A stretch of 64,000 nt of DNA, from the NCBI GenBank assembly GCA_964016885.1, contig OZ024744.1, positions 48,546,001 through 48,610,000 on the forward strand, written 5' to 3'. The notes beneath the pieces were generated by a model. That model was not told where the DNA came from, did not search any database, and worked only from the letters and a program-made list of their open reading frames with translations. Positions 12,200-29,674 of this stretch are shown piece after piece. This DNA comes from Eledone cirrhosa (taxonomy: Eukaryota). Position 1 is the stretch's first letter. Each line of letters opens with the position of its first letter. The translations under genes were made by a program, and so were the position numbers.

Positions 12200-13530
12200 G
12201 CTAGACTTGTCGCATTCCTTCGTCCTCTCCTAGTCTTTGAGGTTAGTCTCACAATGATTGTTCTGGTCTTTCTTGGTCATCCTCTACTGCAGCTTCCTTA
12301 CCCATTTCTTTACCCATCAGTCAATGTCCATGCGCATCACATGTCAACGCAGCCTTCTCTCTTGCATACCACTTTGGATTCCTCTTAAATTCTCCATCAT
12401 CTCATCTAAGCTCTGCTTTTCTGTCATACTTACATTGCACATCCAACAAAGCATGGTTGCTTCATTTCTCTTTAGTCTACACATGTCCTCTGCAGTCACA
12501 GCCCATGCAGCATCGCACACTACACACAGGTGTCACACAGCCTTCTTTTTATATGTCGAGAGAAACCTTTTGTTGTCAACAGTGGTAGTAGCTCTCTAAA
12601 CTTCTTCCATCCTATTCTTTTTCTAGCTATTATAATCTCGGCGCACCTTCCTCCTCTGCTAATTAGCAGAAGCTATCAACCATGTCTATAGATCCTTCCT
12701 GTGACTGGAAAAGGTTTATATCATTAGCATTCTTCCTCTCAATTTCTTCTACATGCAACATTCTCCCTTCCTGTTACTCTACTTGTTATCCCACTACATC
12801 TTTTGTGTACCCAAGATTTACATTGTGCACATTGTATGAGGTTTATGCCTACTCCTTTTCTACTTATTGAGCAAAGTCAATTCCCTGGGGGGAATCTGGG
12901 TCGTATCTTCTTTCCTACTCAGTAGCATTTCAGTTTCCATAATCAGAATTTAATTTCTAGTTATTTTTTGGTTTCAGCTATCAGGACCAAATCATCTGCA
13001 GAGAGAAGTTCCCATGGGCTGCCTGTTTTAAACTCCTCTGCTATAGCCTGAATAACTATAATGGATAGTAGTGGGCTAAAAACTGAACCTTGAAGAACTA
13101 CTACCTGTAACTTGAATTCCTCACCAAACTCATTTCCCACTCTCACTTTAATGACGGCTCCTTTGTACATGGTACACTGCTCTCATAAGCAATTCTTCTA
13201 CACCTAATTTCCTTAAGGACCAGCAGATAATAGATTGAGGTACTCTGTGAAATGCCTTTTCTAGATCAACAAAAGCTTATTTTGTCTAGGAACTTCTCTT
13301 GTAGTTGCCACTAAGAAGAGGGCATGAAACCAAACTGCATATCATCTATTTTGACTCTTTTCCTAATTAGCTACACTATAACTCTTTTTGTCACTTTCAT
13401 AACATGGTCCATTAGTTTTATTCTTCAATAGTTGCTCCATTCCAGAGCATCACCTTTGCTCTTGTAGTAATTTATGATTGTACAGCTGCACCAGTCATTG
13501 TGTATAACTCCATCATGTATTCCTTTCTTT
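12200..13530 (-). pseudogene. RTE-clade LINE reverse transcriptase relic
   Basis: MQFGFMP, FVDLEKAF, QGSVFSPLL...PWELLSADDLVLIAE, and C-terminal RLKRNEATMLCWMCNVS. Confidence 0.9.
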
Positions 13531-13759
13531 CTATCACTTCTGTGGGCCAACACACTTCTAGCTACTGATTTCTGACTACATTTGAGTTAAATTTTTCCCA
13601 ATGTTGTTATTGACAGCATTTTACTGTTTTAACAGCTATTCTTGCATTGAGTTTTACTCAATGCAACTAGAGATTATTAGTTAACAATTATCTCCATTAA
13701 GGGTGCTTTATCTCAACCATATCGCTTCAGGAAATATACAAAACAAAAAATAACAATAA

Positions 13760-13905
13760 TTAATTGTTTCTACTTTTGGCACAAGGCCAACAATTACCCA
13801 GTGCATTACTGGTACTTTATTTTATCGATCCCGTAAGGATGAAAGGCAAAGTTAACCTCGGCAGGATATGAACTCAGAATGGCAAGGACCGTAACTCTAT
13901 GCGAT
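13760..13905 (-). mobile_element. SINE family A
   Basis: TACTGGTACTTTATTTTATCGATCCCGTAAGGATGAAAGGCAAAGTTAACCTCGG. Confidence 0.8.
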
Positions 13906-14137
13906 GCAAGTTTATAAATTTATCTGTGCTTTTTTCTTTCAGGAAAAATTTAGATAAATAGGAATTAGTTACAGTAGGGGTTGTTACAGATTTTTCTTTA
14001 TAAAGTTAGCGTAGTTTGTTTAGTTAGTTATAAGAGAAAGATTTGAAAACATTTAGCAGTTTTTTTCATTAGTTAACGTCGTATCAAAACGCTAAGTTCT
14101 AGTTTTGAATATGTCACTATCTGTAAAACAACTTTTG

Positions 14138-15170
14138 TAGTTTATCTGATGAGGGCGTACCCAAAAAAATTTTGGTACCCTTGAAATATCTGTATATATG
14201 GAAAATTAAGTATGTGTGTGTGTGTGTGTGTTACCTATTGGGGCCTACATCTTACGACCGATTTTCATGAAACTTTACAGGCTCATAGATTAGTCATCGA
14301 GGAGTGTTTTCTATATATCAGCGTATCGTTTTTTTTTTTATTCCGGGGTCATTCTGCAGATAAAAATCGATAGCGGGGTCACCTCTTTATCGAAATTAAG
14401 ATTTTTGACTCTAGCTCCCACATTTTGCCACCGATTTCGTTCAAATTTTAAAGCAAAATAGAATTTATCATTGCACATTCTGTAATAGCTTTATATTTTG
14501 CATTTGTTGTTCAGGGACGGCATGGCAGCCGCTTAAATATTCAAAAATACCACTTTTAGACTAAAATGTTTCGGCTCTAGCTCCCACATTAATCAACCTA
14601 CTTTGTTCAAATTTTACACTACGCTAGATCTGATTATTTCACGTCTTAAAGTGGCTTTACATTTTGGAATTTTTGTTCAGGAACGGCGTGGCATCCGCTT
14701 AAATATTCGAAAATACCACCTTTTCGCTCAAATTTCCGCCTTTTCGGTTCTAGCTCCCACATTTTTCAACCGATGTCATTCAAATTCGAAACTTCGGCTC
14801 CACTCCACACATAAATCAATTTATTTGGTTCAACTTTTATACTATGATAGAACCTATCATTAGCTCCCACATTTTTCAACCTATTTCAACCTATTTATAC
14901 TACGATAGAACCTATCATTGCACATCTTATAGTAGCTTTACACTTTGCATTTTTTGTTCAGGGACGACGTGACAGCCGTTTAACTCTTCAAAATACGAAT
15001 TTTTCCACCTCCCACATTTCCATACGATTTCACTCAACATTTCGCCATTTGCTACACCTTACGACCGATTTTCAAGAAACTCGCAGTCGCTAACATCAAC
15101 ACCTTTTCATCAAAGCAGATATTACCTACCCAGGCAACGCTGGATACTGCTGTTAGTATTTAATAAAATA
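14138..15170 (+). ncRNA. Hammerhead ribozyme split by a Helitron insertion (14138-14188 plus 15157-15170)
   Basis: TAGTTTAT-CTGATGA-GGGCGTACC...GGTACCCTT-GAAATA|TATTTA^ATAAAATA. The rejoined flank matches the 21.1-kb and 60.2-kb copies. Confidence 0.7.
14189..15156 (+). mobile_element. Non-autonomous Helitron with internal repeats
   Basis: A|TC...CCAGGCAACGCTGG...TTAG|T with no TSD; repeated TAGCTCCCACATT units. Confidence 0.8.
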
Positions 15171-15213
15171 AATATGGTTTTATAAAGATAGTTTCCATTT
15201 ATTAATATCATCG

Positions 15214-15250
<37 letters not shown>

Positions 15251-15399
15251 TTCGTTTCTGAATTTGTTTAGCAAGATTCTTTATCTGAAAAGGTGTGTTG
15301 AAACCGATATTGTTATGCTTTGGGAGGGTCACGTTGCCAATAAGAAACACACGCACCAGTTGCTTTCACTCCAATTTATTATTAATAAAATTTTTTTTT

Positions 15400-15840
15400 T
15401 TTTCAAATAAATTTATAAATTTCCAGTTGGTTGGTTCCACAATCGGACGGTTGTTCATATATTGTCAAGTTCTTTCGTCACACATTATGTGACCTCTTCA
15501 GTGACTGGGGATTCTTTTCTTTGTTTTGTGCCTCTCCTTTGTTCTGTCCTACGCCATCTTGTTTTTGTGTGTGATGTGTGCTTTGCTTAGTTTGCGCATG
15601 TATTACATCCGGGTGTCTGTGTGTGTTTTTATTTGTTTATTTATTTGTTTATTTAGATGTTACTGGTTGGTTTTTTGTTCTGTGTGTGTGTGTGTTTTCA
15701 TTTTGTTCTTAATTGTAAGTTGTGATGTTGCTATTCCATTCATGTTTTCTATTTAATTTTGGTTGGAGTTCATTTATGTTTATTGCCTCTGTGATTTGTC
15801 TAAACATTGCGTGTAGATTATATTTGTATTTCTATGTTCT
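15400..15840 (-). mobile_element. PLE-type 3' region with HHR motif (15464-15505)
   Basis: GTCA-CTGAAGA-GGTCACA(TAATG)TGTGAC-GAAA-GAACT-TGAC; stem III is one nt short. Homolog of 9440-9900. Confidence 0.6.
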
Positions 15841-15934
15841 CTAATTTGCCCTTATGTTCTATTTTAGCATATTGGTGGAGTATTGATGATTCTTTTCCAT
15901 CTTGAAGCTCTCGCCAATGTTCATTTAACCGTTC

Positions 15935-16730
15935 TGCTACACACGACTAGAAGAATTAAAAAAACACACTTCTCAGCAGAAACTACCCACCATCCCTAAT
16001 CAACAATGGATTCCAACGTGCCCTAAAACTCGACATCCAGGAACTCAGACACCCCAAACCCAGGAATGAACCGCAACAGAAAACTCTACTATACATCTCT
16101 ACGCACAACCCCTTCAACAATGAGGTATTTGAAACCATCATGCAGAACATTCCTTTACTAAAAAGAGACCCAAGAATGAACAAAATCCTTCAAACACACA
16201 ACATCATAAAGAGCAAAAGGCAACCTAAATCCATAAAAAACATCCTCACACAAGCCAAAATCCAACAAACCCTCACAATGAACCCTACAGTAAACAAATG
16301 CGGAAGGCCTAACTGTGGCATATGCATAAATCTAATAGAAGGCTCAACATTCCATTTTAAACAAGGACAACATTTCACAGTTAAACACATCTTTACATGT
16401 GCATCTGAAAACCTAATCTATGTTTTGACCTGCTCAGGTTGTCAAGAACACTACATAGGACAGACAAACAACAGCCTTTGACAACGTATGACTGTCCATA
16501 AATCACAAATCAAAATACAGGAATACAGAAAGATCGCGTTTAATGAACATCTCGCCAATTGTGCACCCAACCAACATCCAAACTTTAAAATTTTCCCCAT
16601 TTACAAATTCATAGACAACGCTACTTTCATCCATCGTACCAATAAGGAAACGTATTTCATTAACAAATTCCAGCCTCTACTAAAACTGGAACGAACAATG
16701 AAACATTTACAAATACCTATGTCTCTCTAA
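15935..16730 (+). pseudogene. Penelope-like element ORF relic: post-RT region, Cys linker, GIY-YIG endonuclease
   Basis: RLEELK/TLLSRNYPPSLINNG...YISTHNP...KCGRPNCGIC...FTCASENLIYVLTCSGCQEHYIGQT..L*QRMTVH...EHL...ETYFINKFQP, with one frameshift and one stop. The Cys linker suggests Neptune-like. Confidence 0.9.
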
Positions 16731-17137
16731 AGAGTTACCTCCCTCACACCCTACCTAATCCTTTTTCTTAAATAAATTAAATACCATCCACCATTTCTCT
16801 CCCACCCTGAATTACCTGCCTCTGCATATTAACTCTCTAAAAAGGGAAATCATATCAAACCCCAGTCCACCATTTGCCTCCATCATGGATCAACTAAGCA
16901 CTCTTGCTATATTAACACATTTTGATCTGCTTATCTTCAAGAACTATGCCTGTAAATAAGATTTTTTTTTCTTTCACATTGACTTTTTATGCTCCACATT
17001 GCCTTATTATGTTCCACATTACGTCCCTTTTTTTCTTTTTTTCTTTTCACTTCATAAACCTTGTTTGTAAATAACATTATTCTTTCTGCAGCATTTCTTT
17101 AACATGTCCAACACCACCATTCTACACCAATACATAT

Positions 17138-17181
17138 TATTATCATTTGATAATGCATAAAAATGCTGAAACCGGTAATAG
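17138..17181 (+). ncRNA. Decayed HHR in the 3' region of the PLE
   Basis: TTGATAA-TGCAT(AAAA)ATGC-T-GAAACCGGT: palindromic ACCGGT stem III, core mutated. Confidence 0.4.
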
Positions 17182-17370
17182 ACAATTATTAAATATATAA
17201 ATAAATAAATAAATGCCATTGTTAATTAATAAATAAATCAACTAATACCTTAACACTTCACACAAAGTAAAATATTTCGTTTTAATCATTTTATAACCCA
17301 GAAAAAAGAGAGAAAAATAAAAAGGAAAATAAAATATTTTTCTTCCTAATAATCGTCTTTTTCTCCCGGT

Positions 17371-17417
<47 letters not shown>

Positions 17418-18894
17418 GTTTTGTGTGAGTGTATATATATACATATATATGTGTGTATATATATATGGTCAAGTCACCAGTTGGTGCTACTGGTAACATG
17501 TATCCCAGTACAACCTGTCTCATGGTCGGGTCGTTGGCGACTAAACTGGCAACCCCACCAAGGTTTCATGGTGAGGAGGGTGACTTTGGACATCGTGCAG
17601 GACTAAAAACAAAACCTGTCAAAGGGCAAAGGAGCTCTTAAGAGTCAATGGCCATCCAACATCACCGGGAGAGATGACCCCCTTAGCCTTTGTCAAAGCA
17701 GAATTCTAGGAGAAGGAAAACTCTGATATAACACCTGCAACCCTGATGGTATCCAATGATGTTGACTTGTTCTTCTTTTTGGTAAATATCATCTTGGTTA
17801 AGAGAGTGGGACTGGCTTTGTGCAGTGCCTTTGCTCACTATAAAAGGTTCACGGCACAGGCATTGTTTTATATCTGGAAATCTCTCTACATTTGTCGTCA
17901 CATGGTACCATGGGCCCAGCACTATGTATCAATAATTGTCACAAGTGCAGTGTTTGTACCAGAGTTTTCAAGTCGCTGGCTGGACTAAAAAGTCACACTT
18001 GTTCAGCGCATCGGTAGGGGTTCTCCTACATGGATATAAAGTAGTGGCCGTACTCGAAAACGAGTTGGCAGCCACCATTTATATACACACACACACACAT
18101 ATATATACATACATATATACATATATATAGATACATATGTATCTATATAGAATCATACATATATATATATATATATACATACATATATATATATATATAC
18201 ATACATATATATATATATATACATACATATATATATATACATACATATATACATATATAGCCGTAGTGTCTAGCAACCATCGTTGCTCGTTTGTTCAACA
18301 CTGACAAAGGAACGCTGTACTAGTTTCAAGCTTATTAGCTATCGTCAGCAACGTATACCTTCCTGCCAGATTGTTGAACGTATATACTTACCTTATGCAT
18401 ATTAACGGCTGAGCAGCCCAATTTGTATATCGAGTGGGTTAATCGGCCGGGTGCACCGAAAACGATAAACGGAAAAAATGCAACGAAATTTCATTTCCCA
18501 CTCTTAGTACGGCAGTTACTTAAATATAAGTATGTACACGTACATACATATATGTATACAAACACACCGAGCATTATAATAAATGTTCGGTGAATCCCTA
18601 CGTACATATATATATGTGTGTGCATGTATGTATATATATATACATACCACTGTACGTCTGTATACATATATGTATGTACGTGTACATACTTATATATATA
18701 TTATATATTATATATATATCAGTTCCCGTATGATCAAGACAAGGTCAGCCGAACGGGTACTGCCCACAACACGTCCAACCCATGCTGGCGTGGAAGAATG
18801 GACGTAAAACGGCGATGATGAAGATTTATATATATACAAACACACACATATATATATACATATATACATATACAGACATATATATATCACCTTG

Positions 18895-19185
18895 ATCACC
18901 TTGACCGACCAGTCTGTCGGGCGTCCATTCAGCCCCGCTGGTCACAGCACGCCCTCCATTCCTCTCTGGATCGTGCTTTCCTCATCCATGTAATCCCAAT
19001 CGTATTCTTAAAATCGTAACGCCACCCTCGTCGAGGCTTTCCGAGTGGTCGTTTCCGTTCTCGCTGGTACCACTCGTCAACTGCGCGGGTCCACCGATTA
19101 TCGGTGAACCGGGCTACGTGTCCAGCCCATCTGAACTTGCTGCGCATATATTCCGTGATGACGTCCCTCACGCCGGACTTCTGTC
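18895..19185 (-). mobile_element. RTE LINE 3' end
   Basis: KFRWAGHVARFTDNRWTRAVDEWYQRERKRPLGKPRRGW; tandem tail CAAGGTGAT-CAAGGTGAT. Confidence 0.85.
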
Positions 19186-19217
19186 ATATATATATATATA
19201 CATATATACATATATAT

Positions 19218-19268
<51 letters not shown>

Positions 19269-19472
19269 TATATATATATCAGTTCCCGTATGATCAAGAC
19301 CAAGGTCAGTCGACCGGGCACTGCCCGCAACCCGTCCAACCTATGTTGGCGTGGAAGAATGGATGTAAAACGGCGATGATGATATATATATATATATATA
19401 TATACATATATGTCCCAAGGGTCTGATACCATCAACACCATAAACACAGAGCTGGCATATCTAAGAACTGAC

Positions 19473-19533
19473 TACCTGCCTGATGAGGTCATAGCCATTC
19501 AATGGCTATCATCGAAATATATATATAGCAGTA
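19473..19533 (+). ncRNA. Type I hammerhead ribozyme, intact core
   Basis: CTGC-CTGATGA-GGTCATAGCCAT(TCA)ATGGCTATCATC-GAAA-TATATATATA^GCAG. Confidence 0.85.
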
Positions 19534-19727
19534 AATAAAGGATTATGAGTTCATGTAATTGACTTATGTTTCGTCACTATATATATATATATATATATAC
19601 AGAAACAGTTCTATATGAGCAAGGGACGGTCAACTGACTCCAACATGCAGAAATCCGACAACTCATCTTACCCATCCTAGCATGGAAAATAGACGTTCAA
19701 CGATGATGATGATACACACACACACAG

Positions 19728-19830
<103 letters not shown>

Positions 19831-20339
19831 TATATATATTTGGAATGAGTAACCACAATCAATTTGTGTAAAATCTAATAGCTTAATGAAGTAATCTTAT
19901 ATAGCTAGAAAAACATTCTCTATCAGCCGCTACAATACAGAGTATTGAAATCCAGATTACATGAATTGTGGATAAAAAATATTACATACTACTACTGTAT
20001 ATCATTAGGAACTTTTTCATTAAGTTAGTGTTTGGAACACCAAATAAAGATGGAACATTTTAGAAATATGGTAACAATGTGTTTTAAGACATCTGATTCA
20101 AAATGGTAAAATATCACAAATTTTCAATACAATCTTAACAATACAAAAACAATACACACACACACTCACATATCTATCTTTATATATAAGTATATGTGTG
20201 TGTGTGTCTGTTTTATATATATATATATCTCTCTATATATATATATATATATATTCATTTATATATCTTTGAGTATTGTTGAGATTGTTTGGAAAATCTG
20301 TTGTTTTTTCATATTGTATCAGATGTCTACACCCACCCC

Positions 20340-20398
<59 letters not shown>

Positions 20399-20460
20399 CC
20401 GGATTACATTGAGTTCTTCATACGGATTGGACACTACCGTAAACTCTTGGTAGATTTATC

Positions 20461-20538
<78 letters not shown>

Positions 20539-20539
20539 C

Positions 20540-20868
<329 letters not shown>

Positions 20869-20917
20869 AAAGTTCTATTTAAATTGTTGGGATACAACAA
20901 GCAAATATTATTATAAC

Positions 20918-21035
20918 TGAGTTCAAATCCCGCCGAGGTTGACTTTGCCTTTCATCCTTACGGGGTCGATAAAATAAAGTACCAGTAATGCACAGGGTAA
21001 TTGCTGGCCTTGTGCCTAAAGTAGAAACAATTATT
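20918..21035 (+). mobile_element. SINE family A (5'-truncated)
   Basis: GAGTTCAAATCCCGCCGAGGTTGACTTTGCCTTTCATCC... Confidence 0.8.
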
Positions 21036-21118
21036 ATAACTGATATAAAGCACTCAACAAATATTTGGAGTAGATATACAATATTAATAAATGGAAACTA
21101 TATTTATAAAACCATATT

Positions 21119-21183
21119 TATTTCATTATACATATTTCAAGGATACCAAGTTAAATCATGGTATGCCTTCATCAGACAAAATA
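21119..21183 (-). ncRNA. Type I hammerhead ribozyme
   Basis: TATTTTGT-CTGATGA-AGGCATACCA...TGGTATCCTT-GAAA-TATGTATA^ATGAAATA. Confidence 0.8.
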
Positions 21184-21239
21184 CAATATATAACAGTTTT
21201 ACAAATAGATATTGACGTACCCTTTCAAAAAGGTGATAT

Positions 21240-24300
<3,061 letters not shown>

Positions 24301-24581
24301 CATCATCATTTTACGTCCGCTTTTCCCTGCTTGTATATATATAGAGAGAGAAAGAGATACATAAATATATACACATATATATACAGAGACCTATATATAT
24401 GCATAAATATATATATATGCACATATATACAAATATTACATACATATATATATATATATATGCATACATATATATATATATATACACACATATATATATA
24501 TATATATGCACACATATATACATACGTATACATTCAATTCATATATATATATAGTGTATATTTATGGTGATAATATATGTC

Positions 24582-24618
<37 letters not shown>

Positions 24619-25043
24619 TATATTTCTGTTGATATGTGTCTGCATATATATATATATATATATATATATTGTATGTATGTGTATCTGTATATCGCTACTT
24701 AGACTCCAGGAAGCATGAAAATTTGTATAGAAAAGGATGTGGGCCGTATTTTAATAAAATCGCTTGCATGCACGTGTGGTGTTAGAGACCGCATACTGAA
24801 TGCACTACATTATCTCTGAAGTTCTCATCATATATTATATCTCCATGTCTCTATATCAAGTTTTTTCATTGTGTCTATGTGTGTGTCTAGGAATATGTAG
24901 AAATATATAGATATATAAACATGTACGTATAATATATACATACATACATACATGCACCCAAATATATTTTTTCAATATTTCTCATCTCACTCTCTGTGGA
25001 ATGTTGTCTTAGAGATTTTCATATATATATATACATGCATGTT

Positions 25044-25105
<62 letters not shown>

Positions 25106-25132
25106 CGTGCGTGCGTGTGCGTGCGTGTGCGT

Positions 25133-25163
<31 letters not shown>

Positions 25164-25214
25164 AGTATAAATATATATATGTGTGTGTGTGTGCGTGTGT
25201 ATGTGTATATATAT

Positions 25215-25268
<54 letters not shown>

Positions 25269-25321
25269 ACATATATCATTTAATAATGACACCACAAAAC
25301 CACAAACAAATACATACATAA

Positions 25322-25362
<41 letters not shown>

Positions 25363-25630
25363 TATATATATATATATATATATATATACTTTCTCATACA
25401 ACGTATATGATTATATAGAAAATAAATATTAATATATGTATATAATATTAATAATATACATACCGTCTGATTTCTTGAAATAAATAGATTTGAAAAATCC
25501 ATTGATGGGGGCAGTGTTAGATTGAACCAATAACCTCCTTGTTCCAAATCACTGGTCATACACTAATATTGAGGGTCGCAATGTCGGGAGCCAGCCCCTA
25601 ACATCATTGTTAATATGAAGTCATAAATTG

Positions 25631-25706
<76 letters not shown>

Positions 25707-25836
25707 ATATTTACATACACATACATACGCACACGCTTACATACTTACATACACATTTATACATACATGCATACATACAACCATATATACATACATTTAT
25801 ATAAATACATACATACATATATATATAATCTTTATG

Positions 25837-25868
<32 letters not shown>

Positions 25869-25890
25869 AAGATAGATAGATTTCAGACAG

Positions 25891-25923
<33 letters not shown>

Positions 25924-26444
25924 GCTGGAGAGAGAGAGAGAGATGGATAGAAATATATTAGACCCCTGAAATTATTAATATAATTTCATAAATTGCTTTA
26001 TACACTGTCATGGTTCCTGTGTTTATGGGTAGAGAGTGTATAATGTTTAGTCTGTGTATAAAATGTGCACGTGCATGTTTCTTGGTGTAATATTTTACAC
26101 GTGTGGTGTTTATTGTTGTGGTGGTGTGATGTGTGTTGTGTGTGGTGAGGTGTATATGAATATATATATATACATACATAAGTATGTATACATATATATG
26201 TGTGTATACATATACATATATACACATATTATATCTACATATATATATATATACATATACATTATATATATATTTTATACTCACACTTGCATAAACACAC
26301 ATATATATAGAGACACACACACACACACACATATATAGACACACACACACACACATATATAGACACACACACACATATATAGACACACACACACACACAT
26401 ACAGACACACACACACACATATAGACACACACACACACATATAG

Positions 26445-26488
<44 letters not shown>

Positions 26489-26550
26489 TTGTTTTGCAAA
26501 GTTTTTATATGAAATCGTTGGTCGAAACAAATATTGTTATACTTGGGGAG

Positions 26551-26650
26551 GGTCATATTGTTGTAATATTACCAGAAATAATAACAGAACACACTCAAAG
26601 TGAGTGTGTTCTGTTATTATTTCTGGTATATTATTACATACAATATGACC
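26551..26650. repeat. Fold-back palindrome
   Basis: TACCAGAAATAATAACAGAACACACTCA(AAG)TGAGTGTGTTCTGTTATTATTTCTGGTA. The left flank resembles 15255-15335. Confidence 0.85.
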
Positions 26651-27470
26651 ATATATATATATATATATATATAATGTATATATAAATATATTCATTATAT
26701 AAATATATTCATTTATATATATATATACTTATAAATACATACATGTAAATACACACACATAAGGCCACAACCCCCCCCCCCACACACACACACACACATA
26801 TGTATATAAATACACCCACAAAAATCTGTGTGCGTGTGAGTGTGTGTGTGTGTGTGTTAATATATATTATATAAATATATAGAGAGATGATGTAGAAGAG
26901 ATATAGGAGAGAAAGTATGCAAGAGAAAGAGAAGGAGAGATATCTATAATCATAACAATATATGTTGCTAAGACTGAAAAACTGCAGTGCCCCAGCTTGG
27001 CCACATTCTAATGACTGATAACAAACATATATATATATATATGTGTATGTACATATACATATATATGTGTATGTACATACAATATATATATAAATATACA
27101 CATATATACATAAATACTTATATTCACATGTGCGTGTGTGTATATTTCTATATTTCTATGATTGTAAAACGGCAGTGCCCCAGTATGGCCACACTCTAAT
27201 GACTGAAAGTGGTAAAGTGTATTTATCAGATGGAGGAGTGTGTCTGTATCATTGTCTCCTAGTATATGGTGTGTGTGTGTGTGTGTGTTTGGCTATATAT
27301 TTATGTATGTGTGTGCGCTTGAAGGAGGCGACTATCTTTGTGTCTGTTTTGACTGAAATCAATTGTATCTAAAGAGTATTGTGGCTTTTTACAAGTACAG
27401 GGTTTGTGTGTGTATGCACGTGTACTGTGCCGAGCTGTGTGTGTGTGGACATAAATATATGCAGAATATA

Positions 27471-27549
<79 letters not shown>

Positions 27550-27619
27550 GTGCGTATATATACACATACAAATGTATATGTTTAAGTGTATGTGTATGTG
27601 TGTATATATATTTATATAT

Positions 27620-27651
<32 letters not shown>

Positions 27652-27835
27652 CACTCACATACATCTACATGTATATATATGTGTGTGTGTGAGTTTATAT
27701 ATATATATGTGTGTGTGTGTGTGCATTTGTATATGAATGTATGAATGTTTGTATCGATAGCTTTTGTTCTAAATGTATTTACTTTCAAGTTAAGGCAATA
27801 GATGATCTAAGATACACATACATACACACACCCAC

Positions 27836-27887
<52 letters not shown>

Positions 27888-28036
27888 CGTGTGTATGCAC
27901 ATATATAAAAGTTTGTTTTATATAGATATGTGCATATATATATATATGAGTGTTTTGTGTACAAACATTCATGAAGAGAAAGTCTGTTATGTAAATACTA
28001 TAAATTTAAACATATTTTGAAAATACTCGACATTTT

Positions 28037-28074
<38 letters not shown>

Positions 28075-28089
28075 CCACACATATATATG

Positions 28090-28156
<67 letters not shown>

Positions 28157-28220
28157 ATATATAAACACACACATATATATGTGTGGGTGTGTGTATATAT
28201 ATATATACATGCATATATAA

Positions 28221-28251
<31 letters not shown>

Positions 28252-29619
28252 CATACATGCATAAATATATATATACATATATATATACACACATATATAT
28301 ATATATATATACATATATATATGTATATATAAATATACATATACATATATATATACATACATATATATGTACACACATATATATATATATATATACATAT
28401 ACATATTCACATACACACACACATATACATACATACACAAACACACACACATATATATGAACACACTCACGTACACATTCACACACACACATACATTTTT
28501 TGTCGTAAAATCTTGTCTTTAGCGAAGAATCTGAAGAAAATTACTTTAAGAAGATTAAAGGCTTATATATAAGACATTTTGAACATATTTTAAGTTTGTC
28601 AGAGTACATATGCACACACACTCACATATACATATATATATGTGTGTGTATTTGCGTATATGTGCACACACATCTATATATGCATCTATATGTATGTGTT
28701 TATGTATGTATGTATGTATATGTGTGTGCATGTAAGAATTTACACCAACAAACACGGAAGTGCACATTTTATACACACTAACCTATACACACAGCAACTA
28801 TGACTGTGTATAAAACAATTTATGATTTAATGTTAGCAATAATTTGGAGAGTCTTATATAATTCTATTTGTTTGTCTATGTATGTGTGTGTGTGTGTATA
28901 TGTGTGTAGTTAGTTCTATATATGTTTTAGTGTTTTCGTTATAATATTTCTAAAATACTGCCAATGATTTTCATATCATTTTTTAAATAATCAAGAATTC
29001 CAATGAATTTAGAGATATATCTAAGTTTCTTATTATAAAGCTGATGTTTGGAACTTAACTAAAGACTTTTCATAAAATTATGATGGAATGTTTTCAGATA
29101 AAATATAAACACTTTAGTTCTTTTGTTTCTGTATTTCTAATGAAAGACACTGCCTACGGTTTTCAAATTATTTTGAAAGTAATCAAGAATTTGGTGGGAT
29201 TTACTAATATAACTAAAATTCTTGATTCTTTTCAAATGATTTGAAACGGTAGATAGTATATTTCATTAGGAATATGGTAAAAAAGTTTAAAACCTTCCAT
29301 CATAATTTCAGGTAAGAACTTTGTTAAGTTATGTCCCAGACACCAGCTTAATATTGAGAAAGTTACATGAGTAAATCCTTCCAAATTCTTGATTAGTTTA
29401 AAAAAATTTGAAAACCATAGGCAGTGTCTTTCATTGGAAATATGGTAACGAAAGGATTAATCCCCAAAGAAACTCCATTCATTTCCCATCAACTTAACGT
29501 CTAAATCCACCGTCTTAGGAAAATAAAACCCAAATCACTTTATTCGAACACAAACGACCGAAATTTTCCTCTCCATACATCTGTCTGCAATCTAAATGGT
29601 TTCTACTCCAGCCATGCGT

Positions 29620-29674
<55 letters not shown>

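Noticed and set aside
17465-17745. GC-richer segment resembling a retroposon 5' region, possibly with an HDV-like ribozyme
   Set aside because: The nested double pseudoknot could not be established by eye.
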